DNA of 64,000 nucleotides from Trichinella spiralis (Eukaryota): NCBI RefSeq assembly GCF_000181795.1, contig NW_003526943.1, positions 2,844,707 to 2,908,706 of the forward strand, read 5' to 3'. Shown piece by piece: positions 1 to 12,495 of this stretch (position 1 is its first letter; each line of letters starts with the position of its first letter). The notes under the pieces were generated by a model. It saw only the letters and a program-made list of their open reading frames with translations, ran no database searches and was not told where the DNA came from. The position numbers and the translations under genes were made by a program.

Positions 1-455
1 TGAAGAAGGTCATTCTTGGGTCGATTCACCCGTAATGTTACGCGAGAGGAGAAAAAAGGTAGATGGCACACAATTAGAGAGTGAAAAAAAAACCATGTGC
101 CATCGGAAAAACAGCTCAATTTCATGTTTGTCGCGGAAGAATATTTGACTCGATAGTCTACTGTCAACACATTCGACCCAATTTCATGAACATGAAAATT
201 AGATATATATGAGAATATTTGTTTGTAGATAACCTTTTTTTGTAGCAAAGAAATAATGCCTTGATTTTCAATCAAATGATTGTTGACAAGAGAATTGTGT
301 TGATGGAAGGCGAATGGAAGGGACTATTTTCTACGCGATAGTTTTCATTCTTTCTTATAATATTCAAGATCAGATGTGAATATAAAGCAGGAGTGTGGGG
401 AACAAGAAAAACTCGGGGAACAGGGCAAGTCGACGAAAAAAGTGGGCATTGGTAC

Positions 456-845
456 TACTCGGTCCCGCTTGTGTTTCATTGTTCTTTACCCATGCGGTCT
501 TAAAGGATGGTCAGATTTTAATCACAACTGAAGAGTTTGAATCAATGAGCAATTAGACAAAGAAAACCATTACGACAAAGACTTCACGGCCAAATAAAAT
601 GAAAACCAATACAACAAAGATTTGACGGTCTAACTAAAATAGACGTTGGGCAAAGCGACCAATGAGAGAAAANGCNTNGGGACCGAGCTAAAACCCACCC
701 CNTATTTTNTATTCGGTGAAAAGNATGAAGTTGGAAANACNGGTCGATGAGGGGACGGAAAAAAAGAGTGCAGCAGTCAGCGGGCATGCTCTTTAAAGTT
801 GTCAGGAGGGCTAAAAAAGAGATGAATGAACGAAAGTACCAAGTT
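456..845. repeat. Low-quality copy of the MITE-containing segment also present at 51796-52166
   Basis: Starts TACTCGGTCCCGCTT and continues colinear with 51801-52166 (e.g. AATCACAACTGAAGAGTTTGAATCAATGAGCAATTAGACAAAGAAAACCATTACGACAAA). Scattered Ns from about 670 onward. Confidence 0.8.
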
Positions 846-1849
846 TAGAACTTTAACAACCAGACACAAATTTAAANGTAGATTCTACTGAANTTCATGC
901 CTGATCNGTCTCTCTTCTGCCCGTTTNGTAGACNATGAGGGAACTCTTACGANGTGGGNAGGNCCCGTTTCAAAANGGTGGCGCTGNTATTGATGTCAGC
1001 AANCATGCATGTGCTGCTGCTTTNCGCGGATTTNGGACNTCGTTAATCCCATCNAGAGGCATGCCGCTCGCAANTTTGATNTAGTTTTCGAATTTCATTG
1101 GTTGTCGTTGTGATGNAATGTTANTNTTGNTTTTCANCTGGTTGTTGTAATACGCTCTATTTNGTCNAAATTTTNGGTTTCTTTTTAATGGTCAGTTTTN
1201 CTGATNAATCNAAAGCNTTTACTGCTTANTATTCTATATATATTNGTGNNNNNNNNNNANNAAAANGTNAAAAGTAGATGCTGACTAAAATTTCAAAATT
1301 TTAAGCTTAAAAACAAATTTTTTTCCGGTTTCATCTTTGTGTATAATTAATTATATTCTTCGATCTGTTGATTAGGCTTAAGAAATTTGCTTTACTTTAA
1401 GCTAAACTGACTCGATTTACTGCATGTGTACTATTCAGCATTTTAAAGAATTTGTTCAAAAGTTTGTTTTCTATTATCTGCTAATTTGATGAAGTTAAAT
1501 ATAATTAAGTTAATTAATAAGTTTAGTACCAAACATTTATTCAGCGATAAAAACTATAATACAATGAAAGACAATAAAATACAATACAATACAATACAGT
1601 ACAATGCAATGCAGCATAATATATAAACAAAAATAAACTGCACAATAAATAAAAAAATACAAAATAAAGGTGCAGAAAGGCGGCATTCAGAAGTTTACCG
1701 CATAAGAAACATCATACGCAACAGCTTTTAAGAACTACTCCATTGTACGCGTACCGCCATTATATTCTGCACTTAATGCAGCTATGCAGTTGATAAATAG
1801 CTATTCTCATATTTATAATTTCTTATCCGTGAATCATTGGCGGTAAGTG

Positions 1850-2280
1850 GTCCTGATTTTACCTGTTATATCAACGTTTTCTTTGATCCTTGCTCATCGA
1901 CCAGCAATTAGAGCAGTTCGTAAAAGCTGAGGTGATGTTTTCTCACTTGCCAGTTTATTCTAAAATACCAGCCATCTAAGTAATTATTTGTCTGAATATT
2001 TTTATTATATGCATTCCACAGCGGCAGCCTATTAGGAGTCATCCATTCTCGTTGAAAATAATCAAAGAAAGCTGCTACTAAACCTGCAATATCCAGCAGG
2101 TACCTCAAGGAGCGCAAAAATACTGTTGCCATCAGCATTTTGATTTTTTTCTGTTTCCACTTCATAAATGTACCTGGTTTGCATTCTGAGATCTGTCACC
2201 TTCCACAGAACTGCTTGGCAAAAATGAAAGTAGCAGACTTGGATTCAAATGTCCGTGAATGTCCACTGCATTGCAGTGAT
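1850..2280 (-). mobile_element. Degenerate MULE (Mutator-like) transposase remnant, C-terminal part
   Basis: The minus strand gives VCYFHFCQAVLWKV (MULE CxFHxxQ motif, about 2190-2240) and FDYFQREWMTPNRLPLWNAYNKNIQTNNYLDGWYFRIN..HLSFYELL*LLVDEQG (TNNxLEGW-like motif). Broken by stops and frameshifts. Confidence 0.75.
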
Positions 2281-3611
2281 GAAAAAATATTAGACGTCAG
2301 AACTCTGCTTATGAAATTTACAAGAAATTTGCACTATTCAATAATATTATACATATAGCAGCCTCGTTATACAGAATCTTCTTGTAATCAGTAACTGCGG
2401 CATCACATAAACACTGCATTATGTTGTTTGTTATTGAAATATAGTAAAACTTAAAACTGTTTCCTACATTCATATTTTTATCCGGCATTCCACTATTACA
2501 CTGCTGAGGAACGTTCAATTAGCAATTTATTTTTTTTGTTTCATACTTTTGTAAAATTTATGAATAACTGAAACAAACAATTTATTTCAAAAACTTTTAT
2601 TATTTTTACAATGAAAATTGTTCATAAACAAATCAAAATCAATAATAAGCACTCAGAATTGTCAGTTTCAATTTTCTGGATAAAGAGTAAAATAAGAAAA
2701 AATGCAAACAATAGTGAAGAATTAGCCTGAAACTTGAAGCATATTTCACTCATAATTGAATAAGGTTTACTTTATTTTATTCATAATTAAATAAAGCATT
2801 TTCATGTTTAATTTTGACTTCAATACAGTTATTTGAATTAAAAAAATTTCTTTTCAATTCTAATTTATATAAATAACAAACAACTAAATGCTGAATGTCA
2901 ATGCTGAAAAAGATGATTATGAAATAAATGGTAAATAGTAAAGCTGTGCAAACTGAAAACACTTGATTTGTTGATCAAAGCATATCTGTGAATAGTTTGG
3001 AGGTTTTTAGAAAGCATTTATGAACTTACAAAAATGCTTAAATTAATTAATTAAATTACAAAATGGAAAATTTTAAAAGCAGGAGTATTTCATTGAAGGT
3101 GCAAATATTTCAAAAATAAAATATTCCATGCAGCAATATTTATTAATAATGATACAAACTCAAATAGAAATATATTCTGTAAACAAACAAATCAGTTATC
3201 TTAAATGAAATGCAAATTTAAAGGATATTATTATTGAGAATAAGTTAATCGTTTTTGAAAATAAATTTCATTGTAAAATGGAATTGATTTCTACAAATAT
3301 ATTTTCATGAATTTCACATTTTCAAACATTCAGATCTAAGAAAAAAATAAAAGCAAATTCTTTTATCTTCTTCTTAAAAGAAGTAAATAATTGATAATAA
3401 TTACGTAATAAACTAGAAAATGCTTATAAAAATAGCAAATAACTCTTTAGTTTATACACTTGTTTACATAAATGATGAAAATGTTATAGAAAAGAGAAAC
3501 TCAATTGTTTATTAACAAAGGATATGTGTGTAACAGAAATGAATTTCTATATAAACGAGCTGCAAATTACGGAAGTCATTCCATGTCCACAATTCTCGTA
3601 CTTCAGCAGTT

Positions 3612-4772
3612 ATGAAACTGATTTGCCTTTTTGCTCTTGTCATTGCTACCAGTGCTTTTAGTATACAGAAGCAAACAGTAAGAAATCTTTTTTCATTATA
3701 TTCCATTTGCAAAAATCTGATTTCAAATAATAAGTCTATCAACAAAAGTGAACTTCATTGTACATACTTCATTCGTGCTATAATGCATTCCTTCCTTTCA
3801 TACGCGCAATATAATAATAATAATAGTAGTAGTAGTAGTAGTAGTAGTAGTAATGTTGATGATGATAATAACAAATTAAATTAGCTCTGAATTTGCTTGA
3901 CAGTACTGACTTCCTGTCTAAATAAAATACATTTAGAATTTAAAATTTCAGTATAACTTAATTCATACGCTTTTGGAAACAAAAATTTACCATGCATCTT
4001 AACATGATACTTTGATTGTTCTTGAAAAATTTGAAAATATGTTTAGGCTTCAAAAAAAAATTACAATTTTAAAGCAGAAAAAGAAGCTGTCATTGCCCAG
4101 CTAGATCAGCGCTTTGACGGCTACAGAGAGCACTGCTACCCCTTACCTGGTGATGGTTGCAGATGTCAAGAAATAGTGCAAAATGCAAAAGTATCTAAGG
4201 AATATAAAACAGATTTTGAATGCAAAACAGATGAGGTACTACCACATTTTATTAAACATGAATTTAAATTCATGAACACGCAGTTATAAAATTATAAGTC
4301 AAATGCATTTATATCAGAAACGTCAAAGACTCTGTGAAGATGCAAAATGTAAAACACAATTTCAAAAGATCAACAGATGCCGAACACAGGAAAAATGTGG
4401 TCAGGAAAAATGGACACCATATGAAACGTGCCTGAAAGAATGCATGAAAATTCAGTACGTTATATTCCATAAAATTACACATTCAATTTATAAATTATTT
4501 CTTTGTAAATTATAATTTTTTAAATAATTATTCCATCTTATTTCAATTACCTTAAATTATAATACTGCTTTAAATAGAGTAATGAAATTCATAAAATTTC
4601 AAGATAGGAAAGATATTTCATTTAAATAAGCCCTAAGCAAAATTTAAAATGCTACACAGGTGAAATGCTTTTACTATACAAGTATTAATGTATATAGAAG
4701 AACTGCGTGTTTTCATAATAATACACCAGACTAATTGTTCATTTTTATAGACCACTTCCAAGCAGAAGGTGA
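3612..4772 (+). CDS. Small secreted cysteine-rich protein of unknown family, about 137 aa, 4 exons
   Basis: Exons 3612-3677, 4047-4235, 4318-4454 and 4751-4772 are all GT-AG and in phase. Protein: MKLICLFALVIATSAFSIQKQT-ASKKNYNFKAEKEAVIAQLDQRFDGYREHCYPLPGDGCRCQEIVQNAKVSKEYKTDFECKTDE-KRQRLCEDAKCKTQFQKINRCRTQEKCGQEKWTPYETCLKECMKIQPLPSRR*. It has a hydrophobic signal peptide and 10 Cys after it. AATAAA at 4821-4826. Confidence 0.85.
3811..3870. repeat. Compound (AAT)n(AGT)n(GAT)n microsatellite in intron 1 of the secreted-protein gene
   Basis: Direct inspection. Confidence 0.9.
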
Positions 4773-5706
4773 AGCAGTACGTATCCATTTATCGAATTTA
4801 AAAGCATTTGTTACTGAATGAATAAAATACTGTGAATGTAATATCGTTCTTTCCGTGTACAGTGAAGCTGCTTTAAAAAATAAAACCCTTTTCAATAAAA
4901 TGCTTAAATCAATTTCGAAATCAGATTACAATAACAACAAAATCAGCGTTTTGTATATAACAAGATATTACATTTTAAAATTGCGGTTTTAGCGCAGTCA
5001 ACTTTCCGAGGTCTTATCCTATTTCTGACCTTACATTTTCCTGGTTCTGATAAAATTCTGCATAATTTCAAAATTTCTTACTTTATTCATATCTATATTT
5101 ACTTAGAATGCCAAAATTTGTTTTTATTTAACTACATATTTTACTTTCTTCTTTCTAACACCTTCTGTAACATTCATGAAGTTGATAACAGATTGTTGCA
5201 TAGTGACATTTAAGAGAAGCAATCGTGCATTTGCACATCAGTTGATTCAAACTTCGACTTCAAGCAAGTCAAAGAAAACAAGAGTTAGTGAATGGCTTTT
5301 ATTTAAAAGTTAGATATAAGACATGACACTTTAACGAAAGTTAAAAATACAGATCAAGAACGTAGAACCAGACAAAGCTTGAATGTCTCGACACTGCCGA
5401 CATCAAAACGCAGTGAATCGCGCAATTACACATCACTCCCCAAAATTGAACTTTACACTTCTTTATACTAATCATGTGCTCACTCTTCCATAGTTTTTGC
5501 GCAAATCCAGACCGCAAAAATAAGTTTGATAAAACTGGCCACAAAGTGAAAAGTGATGCAACGAAGCCGCGTGCTGGCGCCGGTAGAAGCCCATATTTTT
5601 CTGTTACCGTAATCGTCAGAAGTGCCAGTGATAGTGTTGCACAGCGATCCACAAAATCACTCCTTTACACGGAGCACTCAAATGCATCTTAGTCAAATAT
5701 TGCCTG

Positions 5707-5890
5707 TTACGTCATTAGGGAAACCATTTCCCACGTCAATTCCAACTTCACGGCTCTGGTCATTATGCACGCGAACACGCTCATTCTGTTACCAGCACCC
5801 TTCCTGAAATCTGTCTTTATCTGAAGAAGATCCGTGAATTCAATATGATTTCTATCAAACGCCGTGGCCAGATTTGATCTTAAAGTAATG
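5707..5890 (-). mobile_element. Degenerate BEL/Pao-type integrase fragment
   Basis: AFDRNHIEFTDLLQIKTDFRKGAGNRMSVFACIMTRAVKLELTWEMVS resembles the BEL/Pao integrase consensus PF..TGVDFAGPL.IK...Y.CLFTC..TRAVHLELV.DLS. The catalytic D is not preserved. Confidence 0.55.
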
Positions 5891-6160
5891 GCAGCATTCA
5901 CAGAATGATTAATCTTCCTATATCCCATGTTCCGATTTTCGCAGCCGTGGCATGCCGCCTTGACTGCTCACATTCACAGCAATATGCATTCGTAGAAGTG
6001 CGCCATTTACACAATTGTGTCAGTCAAACGTCCTCTTCTGAAGGGGTCAGAGATAAAGAAAAGTTTTATACCATCGACCGCTTATGGATTTCTTCATGCT
6101 CCATCAAACCTCAAGCTCGTAAAATAAATATTATTAATAATAAATTTCTTTATTATACGA

Positions 6161-6275
6161 TACGATTTGAATCAATGAGCAATTAGACAAGGAAAACCAA
6201 TAAGACAACGACTTGACGGCCCAATAAAATAGCGCGGTCAACGACCAATAATGAAACGCGTTGTAAAGTGGGACC
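6161..6275. repeat. Diverged partial copy of the MITE at 51801-52028
   Basis: TTTGAATCAATGAGCAATTAGACAAGGAAAACCAATAAGACAACGACTTGACGGCCCAATAAAAT is shared with 536-600 and 51881-51946. It ends in AAGTGGGACC, similar to the right TIR. Confidence 0.7.
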
Positions 6276-8124
6276 CACTCGGACTTGGACCGCTTTGAAG
6301 CATCCCTAGCAAATACCATCTTCAACCAGGTATGAATTTGGACATGCAAGTAAAAATGTCTAAACTGCTGCACTTAGCTTGGGGTATTTAGTAATACTTG
6401 AATTGCTCTAATACTCACTGAGGATTTTACGTTTGAACAATAATTTAGACTCGCGAGCCGCACTCATATCAACGTTTGGCTTTGCTTTGCTTTTACTTTG
6501 CAACTATGCTTTAATACTTTGCCGCATGCCGGAACTAACTAGTAGTTTCCAAGTTGGTCGATGCACTACTACATTCTTCGCCATATATTTGCGGCACCGG
6601 TTTTGTTTCTTCCCCTGCGTGGCGTTTATGTGTGTTTCTTTTTCAATTTCATATGATACAGAATCGTCGGCGGTACATGTATTTGCATGAGGTGTAGATC
6701 TCAAAACAGTGTTTGCTTCGAGGTTGGTGTAAACTGTACTCCTATATCCACTTCTAACTTGCATGGGAAATCGGAATGCTGATCGGTAAAAATAGCGTAT
6801 TATAATAATAAAATATTACGTACACGATTGCAAACCCATTGTTTGTTTTCAAAATTTGTGTGTTCCAGCAGGTGAACTCTATCATCATACACTAAATTAG
6901 AGTTATTTCGATTATTTAAAACCAAATGCAAATCGGCAGCCATGTGAGAAGATGAATCAAAGCAAATTCAAGCACAGAGAAGAGAAAAATGTAAAGTGGT
7001 GAAAATGGGGTTCGTTTCTGACTGTATGTAAAAATCTGCTTCTACTGTTTGTAACTGGATTTGTTGCCTGTTGAAATTTATCTAGATTTGATGTAAACTT
7101 CCGGGTGTAATGTCACAATAACTGAATAATCTGTTTGAAAAATCTGGAATGTAGCAACACTTCCAATTTCCGGGTACCAATGCTAACGTTACGCGTTAGC
7201 TCGCAATTTCACTTAATTTTACGCTTGATTTCTCGCATATGCCTTTGTCAAACATTGTTCGCGTTTCTCGTCACATCACATATGTTGGTAAAGGCGATTT
7301 TAATACAAAGGGAAAATCAACAAGTGACAAATTGTTCACAGTTGCAGCTTTCAAGCTAAACCAAGGAGTGACAACTACTAAATCATTAGCATCTGAATAA
7401 TTTCTTGATTTTACTGGGAGTGTTCTATTTGAATCTTTCTTATTTGCAATCCAAGAATTTTACTTTAATATTTACAAAGTTTCTTTATACATCTCGATGA
7501 GGTTTGCTGTTTGTATGAAAAATCCTGTTTGACGTTTATACATTTCATATAAAATACAGTCGAACTTAGTAAAGTGGACATTGGATAAGTGCATGGAAAT
7601 TCTTAACAAATTCCATGCTCACTTATAAGCAAGTTCAAATGTAATTTGAAATGCAACATCAAACAGATCAGCTACATCATAGGCGCAGCTTTTGATGCGG
7701 AATGTTCAGATATTTCATTATCATTAAAATATATATTAAAAGGTTGCAAATGGAAATGAAAATAGATGGCAATTTAAGTGTTCACCCACGCACTAGTCGG
7801 TTTCGTTCAGATGTAAAAATAGAAAGTTTACAATTTACACCAAACATAAAACTAAATTTTGATTTGTAAATAATATTTTAGATTTTTAATTTTTTATTTA
7901 AATAAAATATACGACTTTAAACAATAACACTGATGAAAAAAGTGAAAACTTTCTGAAGTTGAAAATAAAATTCTTTGATTGCTAGCAAGAAAGATTTTTA
8001 GAGAACAGTTAGCCGGAAATTAGAAAAGTATTTAAATGGTAACAAATTAGCAGTTGCCATGCCTAGTTTTAGCTGACAACTGCAGCTGTGGACAATATAT
8101 CACTTGTTGATTTTTTCCATTGCA

Positions 8125-8671
8125 NNNNNNNNNNNNNNNNNNNNNNNNNNNNNNNNNNNNNNNNNNNNNNNNNNNNNNNNNNNNNNNNNNNNNNNNNNNN
8201 NNNNNNNNNNNNNNNNNNNNNNNNNNNNNNNNNNNNNNNNNNNNNNNNNNNNNNNNNNNNNNNNNNNNNNNNNNNNNNNNNNNNNNNNNNNNNNNNNNNN
8301 NNNNNNNNNNNNNNNNNNNNNNNNNNNNNNNNNNNNNNNNNNNNNNNNNNNNNNNNNNNNNNNNNNNNNNNNNNNNNNNNNNNNNNNNNNNNNNNNNNNN
8401 NNNNNNNNNNNNNNNNNNNNNNNNNNNNNNNNNNNNNNNNNNNNNNNNNNNNNNNNNNNNNNNNNNNNNNNNNNNNNNNNNNNNNNNNNNNNNNNNNNNN
8501 NNNNNNNNNNNNNNNNNNNNNNNNNNNNNNNNNNNNNNNNNNNNNNNNNNNNNNNNNNNNNNNNNNNNNNNNNNNNNNNNNNNNNNNNNNNNNNNNNNNN
8601 NNNNNNNNNNNNNNNNNNNNNNNNNNNNNNNNNNNNNNNNNNNNNNNNNNNNNNNNNNNNNNNNNNNNNNN
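8125..8671. other. Assembly gap (547 N) at the start of the satellite array
   Basis: Run of N. Confidence 1.
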
Positions 8672-11524
8672 GCGCTGGAAGATCGAACCTTTTCCGCGTT
8701 GACTGCCTAAGTTTCTAAGACCAGAAATTGACGTGGAAGCGATCCACCTTCTTCTTTCGTAGTTCACGACTTTGGATAACAGCAGTCATCGAAACGGAGA
8801 TGTTGTATGAGAAATGTATGGCGATGGCTTTGCGATCAGCTGCGACAGGAATGAAGACCCCAGACATTGGTGTGTCACATCTCCAGTAGATTTCATGATG
8901 AAGACCACGGATTTCACAATGAAGAAATGTGTCTTCTATGATCCATGAGCGCTACCCAACCTGCCTCTTGAGGCAGTGTCTTCACTCCAGCTGAGTCGAC
9001 TGTTGAAAATACTCAGCCTGCATTGGAACCGTCAGAGAGACACTATGAACACAAACCGTTCCTCTCAAAGCCTGCCCCCCCCCCCAGGGCTATGAAGATA
9101 ATGAATTAATCGACGTGATCAAGAACTGATCCGCACAATTTGCTGAACTATTTGGGAAGATCAAGAACTGATCCCATCAGTTCGCTCAACTATTTTGGAA
9201 GATAGCGCTGGAAGATGGAACTGTTCCGAGTTAACTGCCTAAGTTCTTAGACCGGAACTGACGTGGAAGCGATACGCCTCGTCTTTCGTAGTTCACGACT
9301 TTGGATACCAGCAGTCATCGAAACGGAGATGTTAGAAATGTATGGCGATGGCCTTGCGACCAGCTGCGACAGGATGGAAGACGCGCAGACATTGGTCTGT
9401 CAGGTCTCAAGTACGTTTCATGATGAAAACCACGAATTTTACAATGATGAAATGTGTCTTCTATGATCCATCGGCGCTAACCAACCTGCCTTTTGAGGCA
9501 GTGTCTTCACTCCAGCTGAGTCGACTGTTGAAAATACTCAGCCTGCATTGGAACCGTCAGAGAGACACTATGAACACAAACCGTTCCTCTCAAAGCCTAC
9601 CCCCCCTCCCCAGGGCTTTGAAGATAATGAATTAATCGACGTGATCAAGAACTAATCCGTACAATTTGCTGAACTATTTGGGAAGATCAAGAACTGATCC
9701 CATCAGTTCTCTCAACTATATGAGAAGATAGCGCTGGAAGATGGAACTATTCCGCGTTAACTGCCTAAGTTCTAAGACCAGAATTGACGTGGAAGCGATC
9801 CACCTCCTCTTTCGTAGTTCCCGACTCTGGATACAAGCAGTCATCGAAACGGAGATGTTGTATGAGAAATGTATGGCGATGGCCTTGCGATCAGCTGCGA
9901 CAGGAATGAAGACCCTAGACATTGGTCTGTCACATCTCCAGTAGATTTCATGATGAAGACCACGGATTTCACAATGAAGAAATGTGTCTTCTATGATCCA
10001 TGAGCGCTACCCAACCTGCCTCTTGAGGCAGTGTCTTCACTCCAGCTGAGTCGACTGTTGAAAATACTCAGCCTGCATTGGAACCGTCAGAGAGACACTA
10101 TGAACAGAAACCGTTCCTCTCAAAGCCTGCCCCCCCCAGGGCTATGAAGACAATGAATTGATCGAAGTGATCAAGAACTGATCCGTACAATTTGCTGAAC
10201 TATTTGGGAAGATCAAGAACTGATCCCATCAGTTCGCTCAACTATTTTGGAAGATAGCGCTGGAAGATGGAACTGTTCCGAGTTAACTGCCTAAGTTCTT
10301 AGACTGGAACTGACGTGGAAGCGATACGCCTCGTCTTTCGTAGTTCACGACTTTGGATACCAGCAGTCATCGAAACGGAGATGTTAGAAATGTATGGCGA
10401 TGGCCTTGCGACCAGCTGCGACAGGATGGAAGACGCGCAGACATTGGTCTGTCAGGTCTCAAGTACGTTTCATGATGAAAACCACGAATTTTACAATGAT
10501 GAAATGTGTCTTCTATGATCCATGAGCGCTACCCAACCTGCCTCTTGAGGCAGTGTCTTCACTGCAGCTGAGTCGACTGTTGAAAATACTCAGCCTGCAT
10601 TGGAACCGTCAGAGAGACACTATGAACACAAACCGTTCCTCTCAAAGCCTACCCCCCCTCCCCAGGGCTTTGAAGATAATGAATTAATCGACGTGATCAA
10701 GAACTAATCCGTACAATTTGCTGAACTATTTGGGAAGATCAAGAACGGATCCCATCAGTTCTCTCAACTATATGAGAAGATAGCGCTGGAAGATGGAACC
10801 ATTCCGCGTTAACTGCCTAAGTTCTAAGACCAGAATTGACGTGGAAGCAATCCACCTCTTCTTTCGTAGTTCCCGACTCTGGATAAAAGCAGTCATCGAA
10901 ACGGAGATGTTGTATGAGAAATGTATGGCGATGGCTTTGCGATCAGCTGCGACAGGAATGAAGACCCCAGACATTGGTCTGTCACATCTCCAGTAGATTT
11001 CATGATGAAGACCACGGATTTCACAATGAAGAAATGTGTCTTCTATGATCCATGAGCGCTCCCCAACCTGCCTCTTGAGGCAGTGTCTTCACTCCAGCTG
11101 AGTCGACTGTTGAAAATACTCAGCCTGCATTGGAACCGTCAGAGAGACACTATGAACACAAACCGTTCCTCTCAAAGCCTACCCCCCCTCCCCAGGGCTT
11201 TGAAGATAATGAATTAATCGACGTGATCAAGAACTAATCCGTACAATTTGCTGAACTATTTGGGAAGATCAAGAACTGATCCCATCAGTTCTCTCAACTA
11301 TTTTGAGAAGATAGCGCTGGAAGATGGAACTATTCCGCGTTAACTGCCTAAGTTCTAAGACCAGAATTGACGTGGAAGCGATCCACCTCCTCTTTCGTAG
11401 TTCCCGACTCTGGATACAAGCAGTCATCGAAACGGAGATGTTGTATGAGAAATGTATGGCGATGGCTTTGCGATCAGCTGCGACAGGGAATGAAGACCCC
11501 AGACTTGGGTCTGTCACATCCTCC
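8672..11524. repeat. Tandem satellite array of ~526-bp monomers (about 5.4 visible copies), bounded by gaps
   Basis: The monomer anchor CAAGAAC(T/G)GATCCCATCAGTT occurs at 9162, 9688, 10214, 10740 and 11270 (spacing 526/526/526/530). Two monomer variants alternate. Confidence 0.97.
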
Positions 11525-12036
11525 NNNNNNNNNNGGCCAGGAAGGGGGGGAGGAATTCCTATTATGGGTCTCTGTCCGGTGTGGTGGGTGGTATGCCCTT
11601 CCAAATTGTTCGCAAGCCACCCGGGTCGCCCCAGAAAGCCAAAAAAACAGCCGCCCTCCCTTTTTGATATGGGACACCCACTTATCAAATTTCCCCCCGG
11701 TGCAAAGGGTCTTAGGAAACCAAATCCCCACCGCCAACATATTATACTCCCCGGTCAGGCATGTCGCCCGCCATCTTGTTGTATATGTGCATCGGTGTAA
11801 GCGCGCGCTCGAAACCTGACGAACAACTTCGCACTCGCACCACCCACCTGCGTCGATCGATTGACCGCCGCCCGCACGCTATTCATCCACCGCCTACACG
11901 ATCGATCGATGACTCTCGCAGTCTGTTTTATCCCCTACCTCAACAAACAATGCAGTCGGTTAAATGGGTTCGCACGCTTCCGGCCTTCTTTTAAAAACAC
12001 ACACCTTTCTTTTGTTTGTTTTTCTCACCGCGCGAT

Positions 12037-12102
<66 letters not shown>
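12037..12102. repeat. (TA)n microsatellite
   Basis: About 30 TA units. Confidence 0.95.
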
Positions 12103-12109
<7 letters not shown>

Positions 12110-12210
12110 GATGATCGTGGTATAAAAAACAAAAAAAAGTAAAGTGTAATTTTAAAAAAGTCGACAAAATGCGAACAAATTTAATTCAACTGTTGTAATT
12201 GTTGTTGTTG

Positions 12211-12495
12211 TTACGGATTATCACCGGTTGCGAGATTCTTCGACTGTTCTTGGAGTCGTTGGATGATCAGCGTGCTGCCGTCGATTAGTCGATTGACGCA
12301 GTTGGTGATGCAAGTGGAAGTTTTTTCGTCAAGTTTCGAGCCCGGCTTATCACCGATGCACATATCCCAACAGTTGCCGGTCAACATGCTGACCAGGTAT
12401 TGAAATTGTTGGCGTTGTGATTCGGTTTCCAAGAACTTTTGCAACTGCGGATCAATTGATGAATTGCTGTTCCCTTTCAACAGGTCGTCGTCCAT
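12211..12495 (-). CDS. TIMM8: Mitochondrial intermembrane-space chaperone Tim8 (small TIM, twin CX3C), 94 aa, single coding exon
   Basis: DPQLQKFLETESQRQQFQYLVSMLTGNCWDMC...LDEKTSTCITNCVNRLID carries the twin CX3C motif and the Tim8-type DPQLQxF..E.QRQ.FQ N-terminus. Confidence 0.92.
   Translation of the reverse strand: MDDDLLKGNSNSSIDPQLQKFLETESQRQQFQYLVSMLTGNCWDMCIGDKPGSKLDEKTSTCITNCVNRLIDGSTLIIQRLQEQSKNLATGDNP

Noticed and set aside
7556..7600. pogo/Tigger-like terminus TACAGTCGAACTT
   Set aside because: No partner TIR or transposase is visible before the gap.
8069..8767. Long ORFs of 196-232 aa in the ORF track
   Set aside because: They consist almost entirely of X from the N gap.
8672..11524. 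CRISPR array, 5S/SL RNA cluster or hammerhead-ribozyme satellite
   Set aside because: Whole monomers repeat with no unique spacers. I could not find 5S, spliced-leader/Sm-site or CUGAnGA..GAAA hammerhead cores on either strand by eye; an Rfam scan would settle it.
9263..11800. Recurrent 67-aa ORFs (MEAIRLVF..., MELFRVNC...) as a tandem gene family
   Set aside because: They are by-products of the satellite. Frames differ between A and B monomers because of a 5-nt indel, and no splice or polyA structure is evident.
11535..12000. GC-rich stretch with ORFs after the small gap
   Set aside because: It looks like low-quality read-end sequence, with no recognisable protein motif.
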